A stretch of DNA of 64,000 bases from an uncultured Bacteroidia bacterium (GCA_902774365.1 CACYHX010000002.1:25408-89407), one strand, 5' to 3'; shown: positions 36,452 through 45,211, counted from the stretch's first letter. Program-made: numbers and translations. The notes: a model not told the origin generated them from the letters alone.

Positions 36452-37363
36452 TCAGATGCACAAACACACCAGCGCCGCCAAAACCATCAAAAGCGGGATG
36501 ATTTTGCTGCGGATGTTCTGCTCCTTGAAGCCGAAGATGCCATAGACGAACGACACGATGAGGCGCACGCCATAGAGGATGAGCGGGATGAGCACCACAA
36601 CAGCCGCATCTTGCTTCAAGCCAGTGAGATAGATGACATCAGCCACGGTTACAAACACCGCCATCGCCACGATGCCCCAACGCCATTCGAAGGGCTGCTC
36701 CTTGCGCTTGGGCAGCCAGATGAAGAAGAACAGCACCGACATCATCAGGAAGTCGTAGACCGTGTACCAGGCCTGGATGGTGGCGGGCGACATGGGTTTG
36801 TCGATATAGCTGAGCAGGAACTTGTCGTAGACGCCGCTCAAGGCCACCAAGACCGCCGAGGCCAGCAACATATACACCCACTTGTTCGACTTGAACTCAA
36901 TGCCCTCCAACTTGCCCGAGCGATTCATGAAATAGAACGAAATGATGGCCAGCACCACGCCAATGCCTTGTAGCCAGGTCAGGCTCTCGTGGAACACACA
37001 AAACATCAGGATGACGGTGATGGCGGGCCTCAACTGGTTGACGGGTCCCACCACAGTGATGGGCAGGTGCTTCATAGCGGAGTAGCTGAACATCCATGAG
37101 GCGAGAATGAGGGCGGTCTTGCCTATGATAAATAGATGCTGTTGCAACGTCAGCGGCTCGATGAAGAGCTTCTCCATGAAGCCGCCTGTGAAGATGAAAG
37201 GCTTCCACTGCGACAGTAAGATGAACGGCAAGAACATGACCGCGCTGATCATGGTGCTGTAGAACAGCACGGGGATGATGGCATTGCCTACTACAGTTTG
37301 TTTCTTGAAGATGTCATAGAAGCCCAAAAGGAAGGCTGATATCAAGGAAAGGACTACCCACAT
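36452..37363 (-). CDS. EamA/DMT-family transporter (10-TM)
   Basis: 303 aa, highly hydrophobic, with about 10 predicted TM helices in two halves. N-terminus MWVVLSLISAFLLGFYDIFKK is typical of EamA-like permeases. Confidence 0.75.
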   Translation of the reverse strand: MWVVLSLISAFLLGFYDIFKKQTVVGNAIIPVLFYSTMISAVMFLPFILLSQWKPFIFTGGFMEKLFIEPLTLQQHLFIIGKTALILASWMFSYSAMKHLPITVVGPVNQLRPAITVILMFCVFHESLTWLQGIGVVLAIISFYFMNRSGKLEGIEFKSNKWVYMLLASAVLVALSGVYDKFLLSYIDKPMSPATIQAWYTVYDFLMMSVLFFFIWLPKRKEQPFEWRWGIVAMAVFVTVADVIYLTGLKQDAAVVVLIPLILYGVRLIVSFVYGIFGFKEQNIRSKIIPLLMVLAALVCLCI

Positions 37364-37518
37364 GGCGTTTCTGGTTTAAATCGGGCGCAAATGTACGGAT
37401 TTCTTTTTGATTGGGATTGCTTCGCAAGAAATCTATCAAAAATCAGAGTAAAATCATTAAAAATCAAACAGTTTAATTTTTCGGATTTTAAGATAGATTT
37501 TTGAAAGATTTCTGCCCG

Positions 37519-38775
37519 TTAGGGCATCCCAACAACAAGATCAATGTACACCGGAAGGTGGTCGCTGAAGCCGCCGAAATAGCGCGGGCCGATGTAGGTG
37601 CGGAAGAGCTTCTTGCCGTGATAGGTGTCGTCGTCCTCCAGCATGAAGTCGGCATGGAAGATGCGGGCGCTACCCTCTTGGTAATGAAGGCCTTCCCTAT
37701 CGTCCATCACCGCTGGCGTGACGATGATTTGGTCGAAGACTTGCCAGTCGGCCTGATGCTTCAAGGTGCCTTCAAAGCCGAGGTCGTCGTTTTTCCCGAA
37801 CAGGTTGTAGAGGCAGCCTTCTTCCATCTCGGAGGGATGGCGGGCGCGCAGCACGTCGTAGACGCTGGGGTCGGTGGGACAATCGTTCAAGTCGCCCATC
37901 ATGATGACCTTGGGATGATAGCCTTCGGGGGCGGACGCCACGATGGAATCGACTTTGCTGCGCAGAATGGTTGCCGAGCAAGAGCGTGAGCCTACGGTCT
38001 CCAGCTCGCCGCTATACCTTGACGGCCAATGGTTGACGAAGACATGGATGGTGTCACCCATTTGCGGGAGATTGCGGGTCAAGCCCGCAATGACGCCGTT
38101 AGGTGAGGCTTCCTCCACAGGCGTCATCGCGGGCGAAGACCCGCGATCTCCTGAGCCAAGAGGATGCACTGAAACAAACTTAGCATACAGAATATCCCTT
38201 GAATGGTACGATGTATCCTCCGGGTTATAATAAGGGAACACCTTGCTTTCGACCAATTGGAAATGGTCTATGGAATACACAATGGCGGGGTCGATGCCGC
38301 GTTTGTCGGGGCCTTCGATGAGCACCCAGCGGTAGTTATGTTTCTTCAGCGGTGTTTGCTCGAAGAGGGAGCGCAGCACATACTCGTTCTCCACCTCGCA
38401 CATGCCTAATATGCCCAACGGACGGTTCTCTGACATCGCCAGGATGGCCTTGTACATATTGTTGCGTTTCTTGTAGAAGCGGCTCTTCGTCCAATGCTGC
38501 ATGCCGTCCTCGGTGAAGGCGTTATAGACCCGTGTGCTGTCGACAAAGGGGTCGAAGAAGTTCTCCATGTTCCAGAAGGCTATGCGGACGGAGGCGTTTT
38601 GGGCTGACGCAACAGTGGTCATCACAAAACACACAAAACAGAGCAAAACAAGTTTTAAAGTGAAAACATGGGAAAGCGGCCAACCGGCACGCTTTCCGGC
38701 GGCAACGCGGTTGCGCGCCGCCCTGCCCAACATAATTGTTTTGTAAGTTTTGCAGGTTTTGTGACAAATATCCAT
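37519..38775 (-). CDS. Endonuclease/exonuclease/phosphatase (EEP) family protein, secreted
   Basis: VRIAFWNMENFFD near the N-terminus, ...VNHWPSR, GDLNDCP, and C-terminal SDHLPVY are EEP catalytic signatures. The true start is possibly M15 (38733). It contains an in-frame palindromic element (see the repeat at 38071-38147). Confidence 0.8.
   Translation of the reverse strand: MDICHKTCKTYKTIMLGRAARNRVAAGKRAGWPLSHVFTLKLVLLCFVCFVMTTVASAQNASVRIAFWNMENFFDPFVDSTRVYNAFTEDGMQHWTKSRFYKKRNNMYKAILAMSENRPLGILGMCEVENEYVLRSLFEQTPLKKHNYRWVLIEGPDKRGIDPAIVYSIDHFQLVESKVFPYYNPEDTSYHSRDILYAKFVSVHPLGSGDRGSSPAMTPVEEASPNGVIAGLTRNLPQMGDTIHVFVNHWPSRYSGELETVGSRSCSATILRSKVDSIVASAPEGYHPKVIMMGDLNDCPTDPSVYDVLRARHPSEMEEGCLYNLFGKNDDLGFEGTLKHQADWQVFDQIIVTPAVMDDREGLHYQEGSARIFHADFMLEDDDTYHGKKLFRTYIGPRYFGGFSDHLPVYIDLVVGMP
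38071..38147. repeat. Compound palindromic element (ATTGCGGG...CCCGCAAT family) embedded in-frame in the EEP gene
   Basis: ATTGCGGGTCAAGCCCGCAAT | GACGCC-22 nt-GGCGTC | ATCGCGGGCGAAGACCCGCGAT. It is translated as DRGSSPAMTPVEEASPNGVIAGLTRN. It shares 28 identical nt (GTCATTGCGGGCTTGACCCGCAATCTCC, opposite orientation) with the intergenic copy at 40805. Confidence 0.8.
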
Positions 38776-38828
38776 AACTCCTTTTTTGTTTCCGCTGCAA
38801 ATTTAGGAATTGTTTTTATTTTTGCGCC

Positions 38829-39566
38829 ATGAAATCGAAATTGTTCATCTTTTTATTCTTGCTCGTCACCCATTGGGGCTTAGCCCAAAACACCCACTTC
38901 TGGGACGGCATCGAAGCCTTCGACGGCCCGACGGACGACAACCCGGTGCTGGCCTCGCAGTTGGATTTCTATTTCGACAAGATGGTGGCTCCCCTACCCG
39001 ACTCCATCACACTGGAAATCACTCGATTGATTGAACGCACAAGCTGCAACACCGACCTCCGCGACTTCATCCTTTGGCACCTCTTGGAGAAATATGAGCA
39101 TCCCGAATACATGAGCCAAGACCAAGTGTTCGTTTGGCTTTATGACCAATATTTTTCCCGGTTGGAAATCAACGACTTGCATGAGACCAACTTGGCCATG
39201 ATTCAAGAAAAAGCGGAGCGGCTGAGACGCCTGGCACTCTTCAACATCGCCCCCGACATCCGCATCGGCGATTCCATCAACCTGCACTCCGTCGAAAGCG
39301 AATACACGGTATTGTTTTTCTACGACCACAGCTGTGAGGTCTGCATTGCGGAAAAACGGGAGTTGGATTCGGTCTGCGCAACGCTGCCCGAAATCAAGGT
39401 TCTGCCCATCGACCTGAACATGGAATCAACGACAAACCTTTCGGAATTGCTGGCCATTTTCGACACCTACGACATCGAATCCAAGCCGTTGATTTATGTC
39501 CTAGACAAGGACAAACGCATCATTGCCAAGAAGATACAGGCGAAACAAATACCATCAATCCTGTAG
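38829..39566 (+). CDS. Thioredoxin-fold (TlpA/ResA-like) protein with an N-terminal helical domain, secreted
   Basis: Signal peptide MKSKLFIFLFLLVTHWGLAQ. Thioredoxin-like VLFFYDHSCEVCIAEKREL with a CxxC motif. Confidence 0.7.
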   Translation: MKSKLFIFLFLLVTHWGLAQNTHFWDGIEAFDGPTDDNPVLASQLDFYFDKMVAPLPDSITLEITRLIERTSCNTDLRDFILWHLLEKYEHPEYMSQDQVFVWLYDQYFSRLEINDLHETNLAMIQEKAERLRRLALFNIAPDIRIGDSINLHSVESEYTVLFFYDHSCEVCIAEKRELDSVCATLPEIKVLPIDLNMESTTNLSELLAIFDTYDIESKPLIYVLDKDKRIIAKKIQAKQIPSIL

Positions 39567-39638
39567 AGACGCCGATTTATCGCGTCTCAAAAAAAACACA
39601 TTACATCACATCTGAGACGCGATGAATCGCGTCTCTAC
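39563..39638. repeat. Pair of GTAGAGACG-family hairpins between convergent genes; both stop codons lie in the outer arms
   Basis: GTAGAGACGCCGATTTATCGCGTCTC - 25 nt A-rich spacer - GAGACGCGATGAATCGCGTCTCTAC. TAG 39564-39566 ends the plus-strand gene. CTA 39635-39637 is the TAG that ends the minus-strand gene. Confidence 0.85.
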
Positions 39639-40711
39639 AAGCCTAATATTTGTTTCATCTCATCCAAATTCGCCACCGCTTCCTCATACAATTTCCATTG
39701 TGCCCGTGTGCGCACCAGATTGTGGGTGGGATATTGTATTTTATAATAGGTGTTGCCGTTGATGTAGTCGGTCAGGAAACGCACCGCCTGCATGTAGGGG
39801 AACAAGGTGGCGGCATACGGCAGGTTTTCCTTTTCGATGGGTAACAAGAATGATTTAGTGCCTTCGAGATAGCCCTTCGCAAAGGCCGCGAAGATCTCCA
39901 TGTTGAAATGGATGTTGTCCAAATCAGGGTCATCTTCCTTTCCTGTATTGGCTGCCGAACGTAAGAAGTCGCCAAAGTCGGAGAAGACGAAACTGGGCAT
40001 GACGGTATCCAAGTCAATGACACATAGCACATTGCCGTCCTTATCGAAGAGCATGTTGTTCACCTTGGTGTCGCAATGGCAAATGCGTTTCGGGAGCTTG
40101 CCTTCACGGTAGAGCCTTTCGCCGAGGCACATGTCGTCGGCCACGGCCCGAATCCGATACACCAGCTTCTGCACCTCCACCTCGCGCATCTGTCCTACAC
40201 GGTCCTTCGCAACGGCCTCATCCAATTGTTTCAGGCGGAACTCGATGTTGTGAAAATCGGGGATGATCTCCCCTATCGGTGCCTCCAAATCCGTCAGCAG
40301 CGACTCAAAATCGCCGAATGAACGCCCCGCATAATAGGCATAGCCAGGCGTGACGGCCTCATAGGTGTAGCTGTCGGCGATGAAATCCATCATGCGCCAA
40401 TACTTGCCTTCTTCAACAACATAGGTCTTGCCCGTGTCGGCTTTCAGGAAATGCAGCACGCGGCGGTCAATGTCCTTGACGCCTTGTATCTCGTATTTCC
40501 TACGGATATGCCCTGTGACCGCTTCGATGTTGTTCTGCAGCATGTCGACATCAGTGAACACGGCGTTGTTGATGCGTTGCAGCACATATCTCGGCTGACC
40601 TTGCACCATTATTTTATATGTGTCGTTGATGAGTCCGTTGCCCAAAGGCTCGATGTTTTCTATGGTTTTTGGGTCAATAAAACGACTAGCGATGGAGAAA
40701 AGAGCGTTCAT
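39635..40711 (-). CDS. Aminoglycoside-phosphotransferase-fold kinase (N-acetylhexosamine-1-kinase-like)
   Basis: Catalytic-loop and Mg-binding pattern ICHCDTKVNNMLFDKDGNVLCVIDLDTV. N-terminal GNGLINDTYK nucleotide loop. The start was chosen at M20 (MNALFSIASRF); the ORF extends to 40768. Confidence 0.75.
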   Translation of the reverse strand: MNALFSIASRFIDPKTIENIEPLGNGLINDTYKIMVQGQPRYVLQRINNAVFTDVDMLQNNIEAVTGHIRRKYEIQGVKDIDRRVLHFLKADTGKTYVVEEGKYWRMMDFIADSYTYEAVTPGYAYYAGRSFGDFESLLTDLEAPIGEIIPDFHNIEFRLKQLDEAVAKDRVGQMREVEVQKLVYRIRAVADDMCLGERLYREGKLPKRICHCDTKVNNMLFDKDGNVLCVIDLDTVMPSFVFSDFGDFLRSAANTGKEDDPDLDNIHFNMEIFAAFAKGYLEGTKSFLLPIEKENLPYAATLFPYMQAVRFLTDYINGNTYYKIQYPTHNLVRTRAQWKLYEEAVANLDEMKQILGL

Positions 40712-40802
40712 AATGATAATTTTTTGCGAAAATAGGGATTTTGAAGCACAAATTGCTATTTTTGCCATGTTTTTGACACAAAACTAAAAAACAGCCCCAG
40801 AA

Positions 40803-40891
40803 CCGTCATTGCGGGCTTGACCCGCAATCTCCAATGCGACAGGGATACAGCCTCACGCATAGGAGATGGCGGATGTTCCTCCGCCATGACG
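40803..40891. repeat. Compound palindromic element (ATTGCGGG...CCCGCAAT family), intergenic copy
   Basis: CCGTCAT-TGCGGGCTTGACCCGCA-ATCTCC...GGAGATGGCGGATGTTCCTCCGCC-ATGACGG. It has two internal hairpins and inverted outer arms CCGTCAT/ATGACGG. It lies between divergent genes. The spurious ORF 40806-41030 reads through it. Confidence 0.8.
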
Positions 40892-40926
40892 GATAAAAGC
40901 AGAACAATACATAAAAGCATAACCTA

Positions 40927-42351
40927 ATGAAAAACAAAATCCAATACCTCCTACTCGGCCTGGCCCTCATGATAATGGCAACCGCTTGTAACGAAAAGCA
41001 AGCGGCAGCCCCCGAAATGCGAAAGGGCAACTACCGCATCGTCGACAACACCATCGTCTTCGACGAGCCACAGCGCATCGAAGGACAGAAGAGCGTCCTG
41101 CAATTCGCTGTCAACCCCATCGAGAATGTCCGTATCGGCTTCATCGGCCTGGGCATGCGTGGCCCCGATGCCGTCGACCGCATGACCTACATCGACGGCG
41201 TGACCGTCGTGGCCCTGTGCGATATCGAACCCGACCGAGTCGAGAAGGTGCAAACTGATATCCTCGAAGCCAAAGGTCTGCCACGTGCCGCTGCCTACAC
41301 GGGTCGAGAAGGATGGCGTCAACTCGTCGAGCGCGACGACATCGACCTTGTCTATATCTGCACCAACTGGCAGACCCACGTCATGATGGCCACCTACGCC
41401 ATGCAATGCGGCAAGCATGTGGCCGTCGAAGTGCCCGCCGCCACCTCCATCGAAGAGTGTTGGCAACTCGTCGACGTGGCCGAACAGACCCAACGCCACT
41501 GCATGATGCTCGAGAACTGCTGCTACGACTTCTTCGAACTCACCGCCCTCAACATGGCCCAGCAAGGCATGTTCGGCGAACTCATCCACGGCGAAGGTGC
41601 CTATATCCATAACCTGGAACCTTACTGGCACGAATATTACGAAAACTGGAGACTCGAATTCAACCAAAGCCACTCGGGCGACGTCTACCCCACCCACGGC
41701 CTCGGCCCCCTCTGCCAGGCCTTCAACATCCACCGCGGCGACCGCATGAAGACCTTGGTCTCGATGAGTACGCCTTCCTACAACGGCAAGAAAGTCGCCA
41801 AGGAGATGATGGGCACCGACGACTTCGCCAACGGCGACATGACCACCACGATGATACAGACCGAGAAAGGCAAGACCTTGCTCATCGAGCATGACGTCTA
41901 CAACTACCGTCCTTACAACCGCCTCTACCAGCTCACTGGCACGGAAGGCTTCGCCAACAAATACCCGTCAGCAGGCTTCACCGTCCTTGAAGACAAACTG
42001 CCTGAAGGCTTCCTTGCCGAAGGCGAGCATCTCAACCCGCACGGCTTCGTGCCTGCCGAGGTGCGCGACAAGATATTGGAAGACTACCTCCACCCCATCG
42101 CCGTGGCGATTGAAGAGAAAGCCAAGGAAGTGGGCGGTCACGGCGGCATGGACTTCATCATGGACTACCGTTTGATTTACTGCCTGCATCATGGCCTGCC
42201 CCTCGACGAGGACGTCTACGACGCCGCTGAATGGTCATGCTTGGGCGAGCTGACAGCAGCCTCTATCGCCAATGGCGGCATGCCAGTAGCGATGCCTGAC
42301 TTCACACGTGGCGCCTGGAATAAGATACAAGGCTACAAACATGCTGAGTAA
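40927..42351 (+). CDS. Gfo/Idh/MocA-family NAD-dependent enzyme, GH109-like (alpha-N-acetylgalactosaminidase-type), lipoprotein
   Basis: Lipobox LMIMATAC. Rossmann motif VRIGFIGLGMRG. Size and layout are typical of GH109 proteins of Bacteroidales. Confidence 0.75.
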   Translation: MKNKIQYLLLGLALMIMATACNEKQAAAPEMRKGNYRIVDNTIVFDEPQRIEGQKSVLQFAVNPIENVRIGFIGLGMRGPDAVDRMTYIDGVTVVALCDIEPDRVEKVQTDILEAKGLPRAAAYTGREGWRQLVERDDIDLVYICTNWQTHVMMATYAMQCGKHVAVEVPAATSIEECWQLVDVAEQTQRHCMMLENCCYDFFELTALNMAQQGMFGELIHGEGAYIHNLEPYWHEYYENWRLEFNQSHSGDVYPTHGLGPLCQAFNIHRGDRMKTLVSMSTPSYNGKKVAKEMMGTDDFANGDMTTTMIQTEKGKTLLIEHDVYNYRPYNRLYQLTGTEGFANKYPSAGFTVLEDKLPEGFLAEGEHLNPHGFVPAEVRDKILEDYLHPIAVAIEEKAKEVGGHGGMDFIMDYRLIYCLHHGLPLDEDVYDAAEWSCLGELTAASIANGGMPVAMPDFTRGAWNKIQGYKHAE

Positions 42352-42384
42352 CACTTAGAATTGTTTAACCAAATAATAATCATC

Positions 42385-43749
42385 ATGAAAAAAACAAACA
42401 TCCTCTTATTGTTGTTACTCTTCTTGACGCCATTATGCTTTTCACAAGAGAAGTTGACGGACAAGGAGTTGGTTAACGTCATCTATGCCATGGGACAGAT
42501 GTATCCCGACGGATTCACCTTGGACCTCAACACCATGCGCCAGCCCACCGAAGGACTGATTGTTTCTTATAAGGCGACGCAAAACAGCTTCGACCGCAAG
42601 AGCCTACCCGCCGTCATCAAGCACGCACGCGCACACAACAACCTGGTAGGTGGCTGGTACAACCCAGAAGAAGACAGGTACTACTTCGACAGCGACAGGT
42701 TATTCCCCGAGGATAGTCTCGCTGCCGCCATGGTTTTTGCCCGCGAAAATGGGCAACACGCCCTCTATGTGGCCTCAAAAGGCATCAACATCAAGACGAA
42801 CTACGAGCAAAAGGACCTTCGGGTGATTCTGGACTGTGACATGGGTAGTTCCACCGACGACCTGTTTGCACTGATGATGCTCTACCGTTACATGGACATG
42901 AAACGCTGCAACCTGATTGGCGTCGTCGTCGACCGCATGGGCAAAGCCAACGCCGACCTCGTGGACATGATGAACAACTTCTATGGCTACCCCGACATCC
43001 CCATCGGTTTGGAGACGAAAGGCGTTGAGACGCCTCATGTCTTCATCACCTACCACAACGCACCCTATGCTCGCACCACCGAGGCCGAGCCTATGTTCAA
43101 ACGCAGCGTTGGCGACGACGGCACCTACATGGAAGGCTATAAGCTCTACCGCAAGCTGCTTGCCGAGCAACCCGACCGCTCTGTCACCATCGCCTCCATC
43201 GGTTTTGTGACTTCACTGGCACGCTTGCTGGAATCGGGTCCCGATGAATTCTCGCCCCTCAATGGCGTGGAGTTGGTCAGAGCCAAGGTCAAGGAGATCT
43301 ATGCCATGGGTGGTGTCTTCGGCGAAGCCGTTGAGCCCGACTACAACTTCAAGGCTGCCATTGATTTCTCGTTGAAGTTCTTCGAGTTGCTGCCCAAGGA
43401 AGTCGACATCGTCTTCTCGCCCGGTGAGGTTGGCGACCCGCTCGACTATCGTCCCGAGACCGTCATCGCCGACATGAACTGGACCGACACGCATCCCATC
43501 AAGTGGATCTACCAGTTCCTCAACTGCGACACGGGACAGAAGATGTGGGACCCGCAGGCCGTCATCCAAGCCGTGGAAGGCGACGATTTCTATGAGCTGT
43601 CCGAACGCGGCTGGGTCAAACTCACCCCGAACGGCGAAACGCTCTTTACCCCCGACCCGAAGGGCAACGCCCGCTACCAACGTCCCGGCGACGCTGTGTG
43701 GTGCGACATGGTACTCAAGTATATTAGGTTGATGGCGATTCAACATTGA
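42385..43749 (+). CDS. Secreted two-domain protein: unknown N-terminal domain plus an inosine-uridine nucleoside-hydrolase-like domain (paralogue 1)
   Basis: Signal peptide MKKTNILLLLLLFLTPLCFSQ (the ATG at 42385 is in frame with TTG 42361). IUNH-type aspartate cluster ILDCDMGSSTDDLFALMMLY. Confidence 0.8.
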   Translation: MKKTNILLLLLLFLTPLCFSQEKLTDKELVNVIYAMGQMYPDGFTLDLNTMRQPTEGLIVSYKATQNSFDRKSLPAVIKHARAHNNLVGGWYNPEEDRYYFDSDRLFPEDSLAAAMVFARENGQHALYVASKGINIKTNYEQKDLRVILDCDMGSSTDDLFALMMLYRYMDMKRCNLIGVVVDRMGKANADLVDMMNNFYGYPDIPIGLETKGVETPHVFITYHNAPYARTTEAEPMFKRSVGDDGTYMEGYKLYRKLLAEQPDRSVTIASIGFVTSLARLLESGPDEFSPLNGVELVRAKVKEIYAMGGVFGEAVEPDYNFKAAIDFSLKFFELLPKEVDIVFSPGEVGDPLDYRPETVIADMNWTDTHPIKWIYQFLNCDTGQKMWDPQAVIQAVEGDDFYELSERGWVKLTPNGETLFTPDPKGNARYQRPGDAVWCDMVLKYIRLMAIQH

Positions 43750-43783
43750 TTAGTTTAGAGTTTAGTGTTTAGAGTTTAGAGTT

Positions 43784-45169
43784 ATGATGAAACGATTTTT
43801 ATTATTTGTTTTAGTCGCTGTTATGGTGGCCCCCATGGGGTTGGCACAAAGCAAGGGCAAAGCCTACCGCCTCTCCGACAAGGACTTAGCCAATGTCATC
43901 TATGTCATGGGACAGATGAACCCAGAAGGCTTTACCCTCGACCTCAACACCATGCGCCAGCCCACAAAAGGGTTGATAGTTTCGTACAAAGAGACGCAGA
44001 ACAGCTTCAGTCGCAAGAGCATACAGGGTGTCATCAAGCACGCCAAAGCGCACCAAAATCTCGTTGGCGGCTGGTATGACCCTGAGAAAGGCGACTATTA
44101 CTTCGACAGCGACAGGGCATTCCCTGAAGACAGCCTTGCCGCCGCTCTCGCCTTCGCGCGCGAAAACGGCCAACACGCCGTGTACTCCAGCGCTTTGGGC
44201 ATCAACGTAAAGTCAAACTACGAGCAACAAGACATCCGCATCATCTTCGACTGTGACATGGGCAGTTCGACCGACGACCTGTTTGCCCTCATGATGCTCT
44301 ACCGTTACATGGAGATGCAACGCTGCACCCTGCTCGGCGTGGTCGTCGACCGCATGAACCGTGCCAATGCCGACGCGGTGGATGTGATGAACAACTACTA
44401 CGGATATCCCGACATCCCCATCGGTTTGGAGCGTGCGGGCGTTGTGGCACCGCGTGTGTTTATTCCCTACCACAACATGGCCTATGCCCGCGACATCGAA
44501 GGTCGTCCTCTGTTTCGCCGTAGTGTGGGTGACGATGGCGAGTACATGGATGGCTACAAGCTCTACCGCAAACTGCTCGCCCAGCAGCCCGACAAGTCGG
44601 TGACCATCGTCTCAGTGGGCTTCGTCACCTGCCTGGCCCAACTGCTTGAGTCGGGTCCCGACGAATTCTCGCCCCTGAATGGTGTGGAGCTGGTGCAACG
44701 CAAAGTAAAAGACGTCTATGCCATGGGCGGCGTGTTTGGCGACTCGTTCGAGCACGATTACAACTTCACCGCTGCCATTGACTACTCGCTTAAGTTCTTC
44801 GAGCTGATGCCAAAAGACATCGATATCGTATTCTCTCCTGGCGAGGTGGGCGACCCGCTCTATTACTCTGCCGCACAAATCATCGAAGACCTGAGCTGGA
44901 CCGACACCCATCCCATCAAGTGGATTTATCAGTTCCTGGTTGAGGACAAATTCCAAAAGATGTGGGACCCGTTGGCCGTCATCAATGCCGTAGAAGGCGA
45001 CGATGCCATCTATCAAATCTCGCAACGTGGTTGGATTACCCTCACGCCCACGGGCGAGACTATCTTCAAGCCCGACCCCAACGGCAACGCCCGCTATCAG
45101 CTGCCTGGCGATGCCACCTGGAGCGACCGGCTGCTCAAATACATCCGACTGATGACCATCCAACACTAA
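43784..45169 (+). CDS. Secreted two-domain protein with a nucleoside-hydrolase-like domain (paralogue 2, tandem duplicate)
   Basis: Collinear and by eye about 70-75% identical to the preceding protein (e.g. IFDCDMGSSTDDLFALMMLYRYMEMQRC versus ILDCDMGSSTDDLFALMMLYRYMDMKRC). Confidence 0.8.
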   Translation: MMKRFLLFVLVAVMVAPMGLAQSKGKAYRLSDKDLANVIYVMGQMNPEGFTLDLNTMRQPTKGLIVSYKETQNSFSRKSIQGVIKHAKAHQNLVGGWYDPEKGDYYFDSDRAFPEDSLAAALAFARENGQHAVYSSALGINVKSNYEQQDIRIIFDCDMGSSTDDLFALMMLYRYMEMQRCTLLGVVVDRMNRANADAVDVMNNYYGYPDIPIGLERAGVVAPRVFIPYHNMAYARDIEGRPLFRRSVGDDGEYMDGYKLYRKLLAQQPDKSVTIVSVGFVTCLAQLLESGPDEFSPLNGVELVQRKVKDVYAMGGVFGDSFEHDYNFTAAIDYSLKFFELMPKDIDIVFSPGEVGDPLYYSAAQIIEDLSWTDTHPIKWIYQFLVEDKFQKMWDPLAVINAVEGDDAIYQISQRGWITLTPTGETIFKPDPNGNARYQLPGDATWSDRLLKYIRLMTIQH

Positions 45170-45174
45170 ACGAC

Positions 45175-45207
45175 GAAAAAAGCCTCTGCAAAAACAGAGG
45201 CTTTTTC
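45175..45207. terminator. Bidirectional rho-independent terminator between convergent genes
   Basis: GAAAAAAGCCTCTG-CAAAAA-CAGAGGCTTTTTC, with A/T runs on both sides. Confidence 0.85.
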
Positions 45208-45211
45208 GTTT

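Noticed and set aside
40806-41030. 74-aa minus-strand ORF upstream of the GH109-like gene
   Set aside because: Its C-terminus (…CRIGDCGSSPQ) is a read-through of the palindromic repeat. It overlaps the start of the GH109-like gene on the opposite strand and has no supporting features.
40951-41892. 313-aa minus-strand ORF inside the GH109-like gene. Similar antisense ORFs occur at 49326-50420, 48364-49473, 50677-51513, 51845-52624, 54806-55621, 43213-43746, 44612-45166 and 57375-57971.
   Set aside because: All are shadows of well-supported sense genes in GC-rich coding DNA, with compositionally biased translations and no motifs.
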